Of a DNA stretch of 64,000 bases, positions 21,127 through 31,158 are shown piece after piece. Position numbers and translations under genes: made by a program. The DNA is taken from the sequence record SRR2962707_3481; one strand, written 5' to 3'. The notes under the pieces are model-generated. The model was given only the letters and a program-made list of their open reading frames with translations, searched no databases and was not told where the DNA came from. The stretch's first letter is position 1, and every line of letters begins with the position of its first letter.

Positions 21127-21480
21127 ATGAGAATTATTGCATTACTAACCGTATTATTAATTTCGGTTTCTTCATTTAAACCAGCTGAAGATCAGCTACT
21201 TCCTACTAAACTTAGAATTACTGTTATTGATGGGCTCGGCAATTTTGTAGAAGGGGCATCTGTTTCCATCTATGAGAAGGAGGAAGATTACCTGGCTAGC
21301 AAAAACCCAACTGCTACATTGATCACGGACAAAAAAGGAAGAGTGACATTCACCGATGTAAAACCTATGGCCTATTTTGTTGAGGCTAAGAAGGATGAAA
21401 TGAATAACAATGGTGAGGGAGTAAAGACCGGTGAGCTATCCGAAGGCAAGATCAATAAAGTCAACACAGTTATCGAATAA
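21127..21480 (+). CDS. Secreted carboxypeptidase-regulatory-like (prealbumin/Ig-fold) protein
   Basis: Signal peptide; LRITVIDGLGNFVEGASV, TDKKGRVTF. Confidence 0.7.
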   Translation: MRIIALLTVLLISVSSFKPAEDQLLPTKLRITVIDGLGNFVEGASVSIYEKEEDYLASKNPTATLITDKKGRVTFTDVKPMAYFVEAKKDEMNNNGEGVKTGELSEGKINKVNTVIE

Positions 21481-21483
21481 GGA

Positions 21484-24261
21484 TTGAAACGTTTTTTTCT
21501 ACTACTGATCATCGGGAGCTTAATTTCTGATTCTTCAAGGTTATTTACAGCTTCTTATCAGATTACTATCGCCGACCCACCATCCGAAATCGAGGGAAGG
21601 GAAGATCTAAGTGGTAGACTTGAGTATGAATTACTGCTAACCGCTGATCCCCAGACAGGACAGGTACCAGCTGACATTCGCAAGAAGGAACTGGAATTTT
21701 CCAATGAACTTGTTAAGAACACCTCTCGATTGAGGTCCCAGGCCTTGGAGATTCAGAGTGCCGGCCCACTAAATGTAGGAGGAAGGACGAGAGCCGTGGC
21801 TTTTGATGTTAGAGATGAAAATATCATTCTCGCAGGAGGAGTCTCAGGAGGTATTTGGAAGAGCATAGATGGAGGTCTAACATGGATTAGGAAATCCAAT
21901 CCCGAAAACAGAAACAGTATCACCTGCCTTGTGCAGGATATAAGACCAGGGCATGAAGACACCTGGTACCATGGCACTGGAGAGTTGGTTGGAAATTCTA
22001 CACGAGGAGGTGGGGCGCCATTCAGAGGAAATGGGATTTATAAGTCTATAGACAATGGTGAAACTTGGGATCCTGTTCTATCCACACAAGATTCCGAACC
22101 TAATGTCTTTAACAGCCAGTTCCAGTACATCTGGAACATTGTTGTGAATACAAAAAATCTTGATGAAGATGAATTGCTCATTGCAACGTACGGGGGGATA
22201 CTAAGGTCAGTCGATGGCGGTGATACCTGGGAGGTAGAATTAGGTCAAAAATTATTCGGACTGGCAGACGGAGTAAATCTTAATGAGTCCGTTGCTTCTT
22301 TTTATACCTCCTTGGAACAATCCAACTCCGGAGTGTTTTATGCGACCTTGTCAACAGCTACCAGCGGGGATGATGATTCACCTGAAGCAGGAATTTACAT
22401 ATCCAGAGACGGAAGAGAATGGCTGGATATCACTCCTTTCACACAAGAGTCCAAGTACAGAAGGATAGTCGTTGGAAATAGTCCGTCGGATCCACGCATT
22501 AGTTATTTTCTGATTGATTCTAATCCGATTTTTATTCTCAAACACACACTTTCACAATTTGATGATTTAGATACGGTAGCAGCATTTACAGTCGGTTCAG
22601 TGCCGAATTTTGAGGAAGAACTGGGAGCTTTCAACACGCAAGGGTCATACAATATGATGATCAGCGTACATCCTCAGGACCCAGATATTGTTTTTGCCGG
22701 GGGGACTAACCTGTATCGAACGACAGACGGATTTAGCTCGGATGACAACATTTCATGGGTTGGTGGATACAATCCTGAGGGAGGATCCAGTGTTTATCCT
22801 AATCATCATCCGGATCAGCATGATTTAATATTCTATCCCAGCAACTCCAATAAGATGCTATCTGCCAGTGATGGAGGGCTAATCGTAAGTGCTAATGCTA
22901 CAGCTGACTCTGTCATTTGGAGTGACATAAATAAAGGATATATCACTTCACAGTTTTTTACCATTGCCCAGTCTCAAAAGGCCAATGATCCGATTTTGAT
23001 TGGAGGAATGCAGGATAATGGCACCTATTTATCTATTACGGATGGTCCTGCCAATTGGCTGGATATCATCGGTGGTGATGGGAGCTATGCGGCCACCACA
23101 AAAAACAATATGTATTGGTATGCTTCCTTTCAGCGTGGACAGACTTTACGCCTGACGTATAATAGCAATCTTCAATTGACTTCCTTCGCCAGGGTAGATC
23201 CACAGGGTTTGGTGTTCCAGGAAGGATCAGCTTATCTATTCGTGAACCCATTTATTCTTGATCCAACCAACCAAAACCGCATGTTTATGGCAGGGGGGAA
23301 TCATCTCTACTTCAATGCGAATGTCACTCAAATTCCTGGCGGCTCTCAAACTCCATCTTCCATTGGGTGGGAGAGGGTAACGTCCAATCCACTATCGGGT
23401 GGGGTTTACAGCACATTGGATTTTGCCAAAAATGGAGAGGTGTTATATTTCGGTTCTTCCATTGGTTCATTATTCAAATTGACTAATGCTGATGAGCCAT
23501 TTGATTTTACAGTCACAGAACTTACCAGCTCCATCTTTCCTGAGGATGGTTATGTGTCTTCCATCTCTGTGAATCCTGAAAATGCGGATCATATTCTAGT
23601 CGTCTTTTCTAATTATAATATCCCTTCCATTTTCGAAAGCACAGACGGGGGGATATCATTTATTGATATCAGTGGCAACCTGGAACAAAATCCCGATGGA
23701 ACCGGAAATGGCCCTAGCATTAGATGGGGAGAAATTATTCCAACAAATACTGGTTTTGTGTTCATGGTGGGAACCAGTACAGGCTTGTATTCGACTGATG
23801 ATTCAAATGGTGGTTCTACTACTTGGGTAAAGGAGTCGGTAGACCTGATTGGCAGTTCAATTATCACCATGATGGATTATCGACCAAATGATGGAAGATT
23901 GGCGATCGCAACACATGGGAATGGGGCCTTTACAACTAATATCCCAGATTATAAGGAGATCATTATTGAAGAACAGGAACCTGAATCCTTCGAACTTGTT
24001 CATGCTGCACCTAACCCTTTCGTAGATCAAACGAAGATTCGATATACTCTACCAAAAGATGGCGTGGTGAGAATTAACATCTATACCAATGGTGGAGATT
24101 TGATCAATACATTGGTGTGGGCGCCTCAGTTTGCAGGTACAAATGAAATTACATGGGATGGCACCAATGTATCTGGTACCACCATGACCAATGGTACCTA
24201 TCTATATACCATTCGCTATGGCGATGAAATGAAGGGTGGTCGTTTGGTGCTTGTTCGTTAG
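21484..24261 (+). CDS. BNR/Asp-box beta-propeller protein with T9SS type-A/FlgD-like CTD
   Basis: Repeated S.DGG.TW Asp-boxes, GGRTRAV, HPDQH, GGMQDNG, ATHGNG; CTD APNPF...WDGTN...GTYLY. Confidence 0.85.
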   Translation: MKRFFLLLIIGSLISDSSRLFTASYQITIADPPSEIEGREDLSGRLEYELLLTADPQTGQVPADIRKKELEFSNELVKNTSRLRSQALEIQSAGPLNVGGRTRAVAFDVRDENIILAGGVSGGIWKSIDGGLTWIRKSNPENRNSITCLVQDIRPGHEDTWYHGTGELVGNSTRGGGAPFRGNGIYKSIDNGETWDPVLSTQDSEPNVFNSQFQYIWNIVVNTKNLDEDELLIATYGGILRSVDGGDTWEVELGQKLFGLADGVNLNESVASFYTSLEQSNSGVFYATLSTATSGDDDSPEAGIYISRDGREWLDITPFTQESKYRRIVVGNSPSDPRISYFLIDSNPIFILKHTLSQFDDLDTVAAFTVGSVPNFEEELGAFNTQGSYNMMISVHPQDPDIVFAGGTNLYRTTDGFSSDDNISWVGGYNPEGGSSVYPNHHPDQHDLIFYPSNSNKMLSASDGGLIVSANATADSVIWSDINKGYITSQFFTIAQSQKANDPILIGGMQDNGTYLSITDGPANWLDIIGGDGSYAATTKNNMYWYASFQRGQTLRLTYNSNLQLTSFARVDPQGLVFQEGSAYLFVNPFILDPTNQNRMFMAGGNHLYFNANVTQIPGGSQTPSSIGWERVTSNPLSGGVYSTLDFAKNGEVLYFGSSIGSLFKLTNADEPFDFTVTELTSSIFPEDGYVSSISVNPENADHILVVFSNYNIPSIFESTDGGISFIDISGNLEQNPDGTGNGPSIRWGEIIPTNTGFVFMVGTSTGLYSTDDSNGGSTTWVKESVDLIGSSIITMMDYRPNDGRLAIATHGNGAFTTNIPDYKEIIIEEQEPESFELVHAAPNPFVDQTKIRYTLPKDGVVRINIYTNGGDLINTLVWAPQFAGTNEITWDGTNVSGTTMTNGTYLYTIRYGDEMKGGRLVLVR

Positions 24262-24413
24262 CGCATGCTAAGTACAAGCATAAAATAGGCAATCACCATG
24301 ACCCAAAAGTGGTAATTAACAATATTGGGGATTATACTAAGTTCCATTAGTACAACCAGAACCGCCAGGATGATCGAAATAATGCGTAGTGTATTTTTGG
24401 TGTTTTTATTCAT
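24258..24413 (-). CDS. Small 51-aa two-helix membrane protein (below the ORF-track cutoff)
   Basis: MNKNTKNTLRIISIILAVLVVLMELSIIPNIVNYHFWVMVIAYFMLVLSMR*; fills an otherwise empty gap; stop overlaps the stop of the convergent gene. Confidence 0.7.
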   Translation of the reverse strand: MNKNTKNTLRIISIILAVLVVLMELSIIPNIVNYHFWVMVIAYFMLVLSMR

Positions 24414-24495
24414 AACAGTTGATTTCAACTAAAATAACTATTTGCTTATCACATGGCAAATGAAAAAAGGATGATCTAATCTTGCATCTTTAAAA

Positions 24496-25446
24496 ATGGT
24501 TGAGTTAGGTCACGATCTGGAAAAAGCAAAATCTCTGTTGGAGATGGGCGATGTGGTGGGTATTCCCACTGAAACAGTTTATGGATTGGCTGGTAATGCT
24601 TTGAACGAAGAAGCCATTCTTAAAATCTATGAAGTAAAAAACCGACCCAAGTTTGATCCACTGATAGCTCATACAGATTCATTAGAAAAAATAGCATCGT
24701 TGGTCAGGGAAATTCCTGAAAATGCCAATAAACTGGCCAATGCATTTTGGCCAGGTCCATTAACCTTATTATTACCAAAAGAAGACCTGATTCCTGATCT
24801 TCTCACCTCCGGACATGATAGAGTGGCTGTACGGATCCCCAATCACCCGTTAACTCTACAACTCCTGAAAGAGCTGGATTTTCCCTTGGCAGCTCCCAGT
24901 GCCAACCCATTTGGCTATGTGTCACCAACCACGGCACAACATGTAGCCAACCAACTCGGCAAAAAGATTCAATATGTTTTGGATGGAGGGGACTGTGAAG
25001 TAGGGGTGGAATCTACAATTGTAGGATTTGAAAACGGAAAACCAATCATATATCGATTAGGAGGGATTGCAGTGGAGGCTATCGAGGAAATCATAGGTAG
25101 AGTGGAGTTGAATATCAATGTGAGTTCGGATCCATCAGCTCCAGGCATGCTCAAGTCACATTATTCACCTGGTAGAAAAATGTTGATTGTAGATATTAAG
25201 AAGCACCTAACGAACATGGATCATGAAACCACTGGAGTAATTTCTTTCCAGGAAATGTATGATGTTCCGAATGAAAATTCATTTGTGCTTTCACCGTCTG
25301 GTGATGTGAACGAGGCGGCCCGAAACATATTCAAAGCATTGAGACAAATGGATCGTCCGCATATTAAGCAAATTCTTGCCGAATACGTTCCTGAAACGGG
25401 TCTTGGCCGTGCTATCAATGATAGATTGAAGCGAGCTGCCGTTTAA
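24496..25446 (+). CDS. sua5: L-threonylcarbamoyladenylate synthase (Sua5/YwlC, with SUA5 domain)
   Basis: IPTETVYGLA, KNRP, WPGPLT, AAPSANP, GVESTIV, APGMLKSHYSP, AINDRL.RAA. Confidence 0.96.
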   Translation: MVELGHDLEKAKSLLEMGDVVGIPTETVYGLAGNALNEEAILKIYEVKNRPKFDPLIAHTDSLEKIASLVREIPENANKLANAFWPGPLTLLLPKEDLIPDLLTSGHDRVAVRIPNHPLTLQLLKELDFPLAAPSANPFGYVSPTTAQHVANQLGKKIQYVLDGGDCEVGVESTIVGFENGKPIIYRLGGIAVEAIEEIIGRVELNINVSSDPSAPGMLKSHYSPGRKMLIVDIKKHLTNMDHETTGVISFQEMYDVPNENSFVLSPSGDVNEAARNIFKALRQMDRPHIKQILAEYVPETGLGRAINDRLKRAAV

Positions 25447-25469
25447 CTGGCTACCCTTTATATATTTTG

Positions 25470-25477
25470 TACCTTTG
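25470..25477 (+). promoter_or_regulatory. -7 promoter element for slyD (TACCTTTG)
   Basis: Exact TAnnTTTG match 24 nt upstream of the ATG. Confidence 0.65.
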
Positions 25478-25501
25478 CATTTTTGAAAGAATAAATAAGT
25501 A

Positions 25502-25927
25502 ATGAAAGCAAAAGCAAACGACAAAGTAAAAGTTCATTATACAGGAAAACTCACCAGTGGCGAGGTATTCGATTCTTCTGAGGGAAGAGAGCCGTTGGAG
25601 TTTACCGTAGGTGGAGGTCAAATGATAAAAGGTTTTGATGAAGCTGTGGATGGAATGGCGCTTAACGAGAAAAAGACAGTGACCATACCTTCAAACGAAG
25701 CATATGGAGATAGAAGAGATGATTTGATTCAGGAAGTTCCAAAGAGTCAATTGCCTGAAGACATGAAACCTGAAGTGGGTCAAAAGCTTGTTGCAACCAA
25801 CGATTTAGGTCATCAAACATATGTATCTGTTACTGCAGTAACAGAGGAGGCGATCACCGTTGATGCCAACCATGAATTGGCAGGTAAGGATCTTGTATTT
25901 GATATTGAGCTAGTAGAAATAGCTTAA
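25502..25927 (+). CDS. slyD: FKBP-type peptidyl-prolyl isomerase (SlyD-like, no His-rich tail)
   Basis: VKVHYTGKL..GEVFDSS, IKGFDEA, AYG, DANHELAGKDL.F. Confidence 0.92.
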   Translation: MKAKANDKVKVHYTGKLTSGEVFDSSEGREPLEFTVGGGQMIKGFDEAVDGMALNEKKTVTIPSNEAYGDRRDDLIQEVPKSQLPEDMKPEVGQKLVATNDLGHQTYVSVTAVTEEAITVDANHELAGKDLVFDIELVEIA

Positions 25928-25951
25928 GTATTTTCAGTAAAAAGATAATTT

Positions 25952-25975
25952 AGGGCTCTTATGGGCCCTTTTTTT
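25952..25975 (+). terminator. Intrinsic terminator after slyD
   Basis: AGGGCTC-TTAT-GGGCCCT stem followed by a T run. Confidence 0.75.
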
Positions 25976-26050
25976 GTGCCTGAAAATATTGTTTATCTTC
26001 CCATCAACCTTTATCAAAACCTAACGTTAATGGCGGCATTAAATACCTTC

Positions 26051-27871
26051 ATGAAACAACGAATTACATTTCTACTCATCGTACTTACAACTGGTCTATT
26101 CGCGCAGGAAACAGACAGTATAGGGCAGGATAGCACGAATAGGAAGATCGAGGACATGTCCATTCAGTTGGAGAAGTATGAGCAGATGCTTAGGAAGAAT
26201 GACCAGAAAAGACGTCAGGATTCATTGGCTAGGGTAGACCTGGTGAAACGAATTCAACTGCTTCAGGAGAATGATAAAGTGGCTCAATCCTCTCTTAGAA
26301 AGCAGATAAGGGAAATTGAACAGCGAGATTCAGCGAGAATAGCAGAGCAACGCCAAAAGATTGATGAGTTGAAAGCGGTCAATCTTGGCTTTCCAGTCGT
26401 GCCATACAAGGATACCCTTTTTACCATATACTCTAAGCTGGGAACGGTTAGGGCAGTTGATCGTGCAGCCAATGTAGCTGAAAAAATAAAGATCCTGATC
26501 AGGGATGATGATTTTTACCCTGACTCCCTTACAGTGGAGGAGCACGATGGCACCATGGATATCATGTATCGAAATTTAATTGTGGCAAGCGTAAGTGATT
26601 GGGATGCACTTTGGGCTAATAAGGCACTTAATTCAGAATTAGCCAATGAATATCGTGATACCATAGCTGAATTTATCCTGACCAACAGAAACCGGAGTAG
26701 TATTCAAAACATGTTTGCCAGGATCGGTTTGGTGTTTTTGATTCTGGGTGGTGCATTGCTTGTTATGTACTTTTTGAATAAGCTTTCCAATGGCGTTCAG
26801 GGATGGATGGTCATGAACAAGGAGAAGTACTTTCAGGGAATTAAGCTTGGGAATTATGAATTCTTGCCACCTAACCGTCATTTGGATGTCGCATTACGAT
26901 CGGCAGTGATTTTCAAATGGGCGTTGTACGCGCTTGTCTTTTATCTTTCGCTACCCATCATATTCGGTATTTTCCCATTTACTCGAAGCTGGGCAAATCT
27001 TCTTCTGGATTGGATTCTTAGCCCGATCAAAGATGTCTGGTGGAGCTTTTGGGACTATTTACCCAATTTCTTCACCATTGTAGTGGTCTTCATCATTACC
27101 TATTACCTCGTGCAATTCCTTCGATTCATTGCCAAGGAAATTGAGCTTGGCAATTTGAAAATCACCGGGTTTCATGAGGACTGGGCATTGCCCACCTTCA
27201 GGCTGGTTAAGTTTCTGATCTACTGCTTCATGATTGTTGTGATTTATCCCAAACTACCAAACTCTGAATCCGATATTTTTAAAGGTGTTTCCATATTTAT
27301 TGGGTTGCTTATTTCTTTAGGATCTTCATCTGCCATCGCCAATGCTGTTGCTGGTCTGGTGATCACCTATATGCGTCCGTTCAGAATTGGAGACCGGGTT
27401 AAGATTGGAGATGTGTCGGGTGAGATCACCGAAAAAACACTCCTAGTCACACGAATCCGAACCATCAAAAACGAAGACGTAACCGTACCTAATGCGGCAG
27501 TTCTTAGTGGTCATACCATCAATTATTCTTCCAGTAGTCAGAGTTTAGGGTTGATCTTGAACACCTCCGTTACGATTGGTTATGATGTACCATGGCGCAA
27601 GGTGCACGAACTCCTGATTGAAGCAGCGGTGGCAACTGATGGTGTGAACATCACAAGAGAGCCTTTTGTGTTTCAAACAAGCTTGGATGACTATTATGTT
27701 TCTTACCAGCTCAATGCATACACAGACATTCCTGAGCGAATGGCAGCAATTTATTCCGAACTTCATGGCAACATTCAGGATAAATTTCAGGAGGCAGGTA
27801 TTGAAATCATGTCACCACATTATAAGGCTGTCCGTGATGGAAACCACACAACGATTCCAAAGAAAGGATAG
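26051..27871 (+). CDS. mscS: MscS-family mechanosensitive channel with N-terminal periplasmic extension
   Basis: NAVAGLVI...RPFRIGDRVKIG...G...TRIRT..NE.V.VPN, GIEIMSPH. Likely start MKQRITF with signal peptide (..LFA-Q). Confidence 0.88.
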   Translation: MKQRITFLLIVLTTGLFAQETDSIGQDSTNRKIEDMSIQLEKYEQMLRKNDQKRRQDSLARVDLVKRIQLLQENDKVAQSSLRKQIREIEQRDSARIAEQRQKIDELKAVNLGFPVVPYKDTLFTIYSKLGTVRAVDRAANVAEKIKILIRDDDFYPDSLTVEEHDGTMDIMYRNLIVASVSDWDALWANKALNSELANEYRDTIAEFILTNRNRSSIQNMFARIGLVFLILGGALLVMYFLNKLSNGVQGWMVMNKEKYFQGIKLGNYEFLPPNRHLDVALRSAVIFKWALYALVFYLSLPIIFGIFPFTRSWANLLLDWILSPIKDVWWSFWDYLPNFFTIVVVFIITYYLVQFLRFIAKEIELGNLKITGFHEDWALPTFRLVKFLIYCFMIVVIYPKLPNSESDIFKGVSIFIGLLISLGSSSAIANAVAGLVITYMRPFRIGDRVKIGDVSGEITEKTLLVTRIRTIKNEDVTVPNAAVLSGHTINYSSSSQSLGLILNTSVTIGYDVPWRKVHELLIEAAVATDGVNITREPFVFQTSLDDYYVSYQLNAYTDIPERMAAIYSELHGNIQDKFQEAGIEIMSPHYKAVRDGNHTTIPKKG

Positions 27872-27895
27872 CAGGTCTATAATTTTAAAGATCAT

Positions 27896-27946
27896 TTAAT
27901 GCCTGATTCATTACCCCGTAATAATCAGGCATTAATTTTAATTTTT
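27896..27946 (+). terminator. Hairpin/terminator after mscS
   Basis: TTAATGCCTGATT (27896-27908) / AATCAGGCATTAA (27923-27935) followed by a T-rich tract. Confidence 0.7.
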
Positions 27947-27983
27947 ATAGGAAGCGTGAAATCCTAAACGATTGGCTTAAACT

Positions 27984-28012
27984 ACCTGTTACTGACGTGT
28001 GACAGGTTTTTT
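27984..28012 (+). terminator. Second plus-strand intrinsic terminator
   Basis: ACCTGTTAC-TGACGT-GTGACAGGT then TTTTT. The U-G pair and U-tract favour the + strand. Confidence 0.6.
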
Positions 28013-29321
28013 ATTGTCCAATAGGCAACTTAATAATGAACTCTGTACCCTGCCCTTCCCTCGATTCTACACCGATAGATCCCTTATGATCCTGTATGAT
28101 TTTGTAGGTTATAGATAAGCCCAGTCCAGTACCTTTTCCGGATTCTTTGGTAGTAAAAAATGGCTCAAAAATTTTGCTTTTTATAGCATCAGGTATGCCA
28201 GTACCATTGTCCTTGACACTTATATACGCTAGACTGGAATTGAGCTTTGTTGATAGTGTTATGTGCCCGTTTCCATCCACTGCATGGATGGCATTGGCGA
28301 TGAGGTTTAAGAATACTTGGTGTAGTTGACCAGCATTCCCTTTTAGCATGCAATCAGGGCTATAATTTTTTACGATTTCAATTTTGCCTTTGGTCTGATT
28401 GGAAAGAATGTTGAGGCAATTGTCAAATATGGCATGTATATCACAATCCATGTCAAATCTTGATGACTGATAATTGAAGTGATTAAGGCTTTTTACAATT
28501 TTAGTGATGCGACTGACACCTTCTTCCAGGGCATACAGATAGGGGGCAAGTTCACTATCTGGCTTTTCTTCGTTTATTCGCTTGAGATTTTCCAGACCTC
28601 CAGTTATGAAATTGAGCGGATTGTTGATTTCATGATTTATTCCAGCGGTGAGCAAACCCAGTGAGGCCATTTTTTCTGACTGTACCAATTGTCCCTGTGT
28701 CTGTGTCAATTGACTTAGCGCTTCTTCCAACTTTTGTTTTTCCTGCAACAGCTTATCGTGAGCACGATCTTTATTTCTAAGTGCTGCAACAAGGACGATG
28801 GCCGTAAGCACAAAAGATACGATTACATGTATGATGTCACTTAACTCAACAATGGTGTTGTTTAGTGTTACCTGCATCATCAGATGGCGAGGAAGGACTA
28901 AACAAGCTATTAGAAACGCGATGGTAAGGGTTAGTGAGACCGTAAAACAACGCTTCTCTTTCTTGAGATCAAAGAATACAAGATAAGACATGAGAATCGG
29001 AAAGAAGGAAGTAAGGATTGCATCTCCAATAGTAAAAACCTGATAGGTGATAAACACACTTGAGGAAGTTACAAAGAATAGAATGACCTTACTAAACCCA
29101 TTACGACCATTCCTGTTTAGGATAAAAGCAAGGAAGGTGAGTACGACAAAGATGAATGCTAAACCACTTGTGAGTGTACTTTCAATGTAGAAGCCGTATC
29201 CAATATAAAAGCCATAGAGCAGGGTAATTGACATGGCCAGAATATTGGTTATTCTGATTAGTTGTGCTTCTTCAGGTTTAGGATCATTAGACAATCCTGA
29301 CAAGATGATTTTCTCAATCAT
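28011..29321 (-). CDS. Multi-TM sensor histidine kinase
   Basis: About 6 TM helices; [24 protein letters not shown]-box; NAIHA, DNGTG, FFTTK, GTGLGL. Confidence 0.92.
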   Translation of the reverse strand: MIEKIILSGLSNDPKPEEAQLIRITNILAMSITLLYGFYIGYGFYIESTLTSGLAFIFVVLTFLAFILNRNGRNGFSKVILFFVTSSSVFITYQVFTIGDAILTSFFPILMSYLVFFDLKKEKRCFTVSLTLTIAFLIACLVLPRHLMMQVTLNNTIVELSDIIHVIVSFVLTAIVLVAALRNKDRAHDKLLQEKQKLEEALSQLTQTQGQLVQSEKMASLGLLTAGINHEINNPLNFITGGLENLKRINEEKPDSELAPYLYALEEGVSRITKIVKSLNHFNYQSSRFDMDCDIHAIFDNCLNILSNQTKGKIEIVKNYSPDCMLKGNAGQLHQVFLNLIANAIHAVDGNGHITLSTKLNSSLAYISVKDNGTGIPDAIKSKIFEPFFTTKESGKGTGLGLSITYKIIQDHKGSIGVESREGQGTEFIIKLPIGQ

Positions 29322-29390
29322 GAAATTGGCTTGGTTGAAAAAGGCGGTGATCCAGAGCTGAGTAGGCTAAATTTAGGACAATTAAATGAT

Positions 29391-29406
29391 ATTATCAATT
29401 GATAAT
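29391..29406. promoter_or_regulatory. Perfect palindrome ATTATCAATTGATAAT, copy 1
   Basis: Intergenic, between the divergent kinase and ECF sigma genes; identical copy at 31044. Confidence 0.6.
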
Positions 29407-29522
29407 TACCCAGCGTAACAATCCATGCTTTTTTGATACTTATCAGAAAAGAGGAAATGGATTTGATCGCATTTTACTGACGATTCAATCAATCCGCTAG
29501 AAACTTAAAGTAGAAGAGCTAA

Positions 29523-30002
29523 TTGAGTTCAGAAAGCCAATTCATTGCACTCATAAAGGAGCACCAACCGCTACTCAACAAAGTACTGTTTATGTACGGG
29601 GATGATGAGGAGGAGCGTAAGGATCTGTATCAGGAAATTGTATCTGGAGCCTGGAGTGCGTTTGAGCGTTTCAGGGGGGATTCGAAATTCTCTACATGGC
29701 TTTACAGGGTCGCTATCAATGTGGCCATCACATCTCTGAGAAAGAAGAAGAGGTACCAGGAAGTGACTATTGCTAACGATCAAGCAGTAGATACCGAAAC
29801 CACCTCGGAGAGTGAACTCCTGCAAATCATTTTAGGACAGCTCAATCCGGTTGAGAAATCAATCGTCATGTTGCTGGTAGAAGATGTGCAGCAGGAGGAA
29901 ATAGCAGAAATCCTGGGTATTTCGCATGGAAATGTTCGGGTGAAGATTCATAGAATACGAGAAAAATTAAGAAAATATGGAATTGAAGAGTTTGTTGGTT
30001 AG
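29523..30002 (+). CDS. ECF RNA polymerase sigma factor
   Basis: DLYQE, FSTWLYRVAIN (region 2); EIAEILGISHGNVRVKIHR (region 4); TTG start. Confidence 0.92.
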   Translation: MSSESQFIALIKEHQPLLNKVLFMYGDDEEERKDLYQEIVSGAWSAFERFRGDSKFSTWLYRVAINVAITSLRKKKRYQEVTIANDQAVDTETTSESELLQIILGQLNPVEKSIVMLLVEDVQQEEIAEILGISHGNVRVKIHRIREKLRKYGIEEFVG

Positions 30003-30597
30003 TCAACACTGGGAGCAGGGGATCATGGATCCATCTGTTCTCACAAATGCCATGAAACAAAAGGTAAATAAGGGCCTGGAGAAGCTGGGGGCACATTACA
30101 AAAGAGCTTTAATTATTAATGCAGCTTTTTTGATAGCTACTCTTTCAATCTATTTTTTCATTCCTGTTTATGATGTGCTCGTTCCTACGGGAATAGTCCT
30201 CGGTTGTTCATCCATCACCTCGTATTATGCAGTCTGGCAGTACAAAAGCTTTTATGAGATCAATAAAGATCAAGGATTGAAGGATGTACTCGAGCAGGCA
30301 TTGGTTTCAGATAAAAAGATCAACAGGAGACTTCAGCATATTTCATCGTACATTTTCACGAGCTCATTTCTGGGCGGCTTTTTTCTTGGTACGATCACCC
30401 AAGGATGGCGATTTGAAAAAGCAATGGAAAAGCCGCAGGTTCCGATTGCAGGCATGATTTTGAGCATAGGATTTTATTTCCTCACAAAAACCAAACGCTT
30501 TCAATCCTTTCATCGATTTCTGAATCCCGGATATCGTCGGAACAAAAAGTTTTTGGAGGATCAGTATTACCTACTGATGGAACCTGAACAGGGCTGA
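29977..30597 (+). CDS. Putative membrane anti-sigma factor (about 4 TM)
   Basis: Overlaps the sigma gene end; short N-terminal cytoplasmic helix followed by four hydrophobic segments. Confidence 0.6.
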   Translation: MELKSLLVSQHWEQGIMDPSVLTNAMKQKVNKGLEKLGAHYKRALIINAAFLIATLSIYFFIPVYDVLVPTGIVLGCSSITSYYAVWQYKSFYEINKDQGLKDVLEQALVSDKKINRRLQHISSYIFTSSFLGGFFLGTITQGWRFEKAMEKPQVPIAGMILSIGFYFLTKTKRFQSFHRFLNPGYRRNKKFLEDQYYLLMEPEQG

Positions 30598-31002
30598 TCA
30601 ATTCATCTCCCGTGTAGCCATTTCTGCCAGCGTTTTATAGATGTCCAGTTTGTGTTTGGTAAACTTGGACATGATCCTGGCAGCTCCACGGATAATGATG
30701 TTGTCAGATACTAATATGATCTTATGTGTTTGTTCACTGTACTTATCCATATATTCCATCCACACATCTTTGGCCTTCTTGTCAAACCCGGACATGCCCT
30801 GGCAGTCCCAGATGTGAACAAGTTTTTGTGAAGGATTACTCTTACAGAATTCAGCCCAGGCGAGAGTGGCTTTTTCTGAAGAATCGATCGTGAATTTGTT
30901 TTTGAAAGTAAAGTGCAGGTAGTCTTTGCCGCGATCATTAAATTTTCTGATCTCGACATTTTCTTCCACCAAGATTGGCTTGGCGGCATTCATCTCACTC
31001 AT
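30598..31002 (-). CDS. SpoIIAA-like (STAS/SEC14) domain protein
   Basis: 134-aa alpha/beta pattern HIWDCQGMSGFDKKAK..W...IILVSDN.IIRGAA. Confidence 0.55.
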   Translation of the reverse strand: MSEMNAAKPILVEENVEIRKFNDRGKDYLHFTFKNKFTIDSSEKATLAWAEFCKSNPSQKLVHIWDCQGMSGFDKKAKDVWMEYMDKYSEQTHKIILVSDNIIIRGAARIMSKFTKHKLDIYKTLAEMATREMN

Positions 31003-31043
31003 ACGATGATTTGTTTAGTCGGTTAATCAATTCCTAAGTTAAC

Positions 31044-31059
31044 ATTATCAATTGATAAT
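31044..31059. promoter_or_regulatory. Perfect palindrome ATTATCAATTGATAAT, copy 2
   Basis: About 40 nt upstream of the SpoIIAA-like gene and 2 nt from a minus-strand TAACTTAG -7 candidate. Confidence 0.6.
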
Positions 31060-31075
31060 ATGTTTGGTTCAAAAC

Positions 31076-31107
31076 AAAAAAAACCGACCTGTCAAAAGAC
31101 AGGCCGG
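31076..31107 (-). terminator. Intrinsic terminator of dinB-dnaE2
   Basis: Minus strand CCGGCCTGTC-TTTT-GACAGGTCGG then T8. Confidence 0.8.
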
Positions 31108-31158
31108 CCATCATTAAAGTAACCTATTTAGGTTGTGACTTAAGCCAAGATACGAAGG

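Noticed and set aside
25961-26050. Longer N-terminus for mscS
   Set aside because: The upstream ATG lies inside the slyD terminator hairpin; the signal peptide begins at 26051.
29391-29406. Fur box interpretation of the palindrome
   Set aside because: GATAAT hexamers are in the opposite orientation to the canonical Fur box, and the adjacent genes are not iron-related.
29415-29440. GTAAC...GATACT as an autoregulatory ECF promoter
   Set aside because: Plausible, but a single short match cannot be distinguished from chance.
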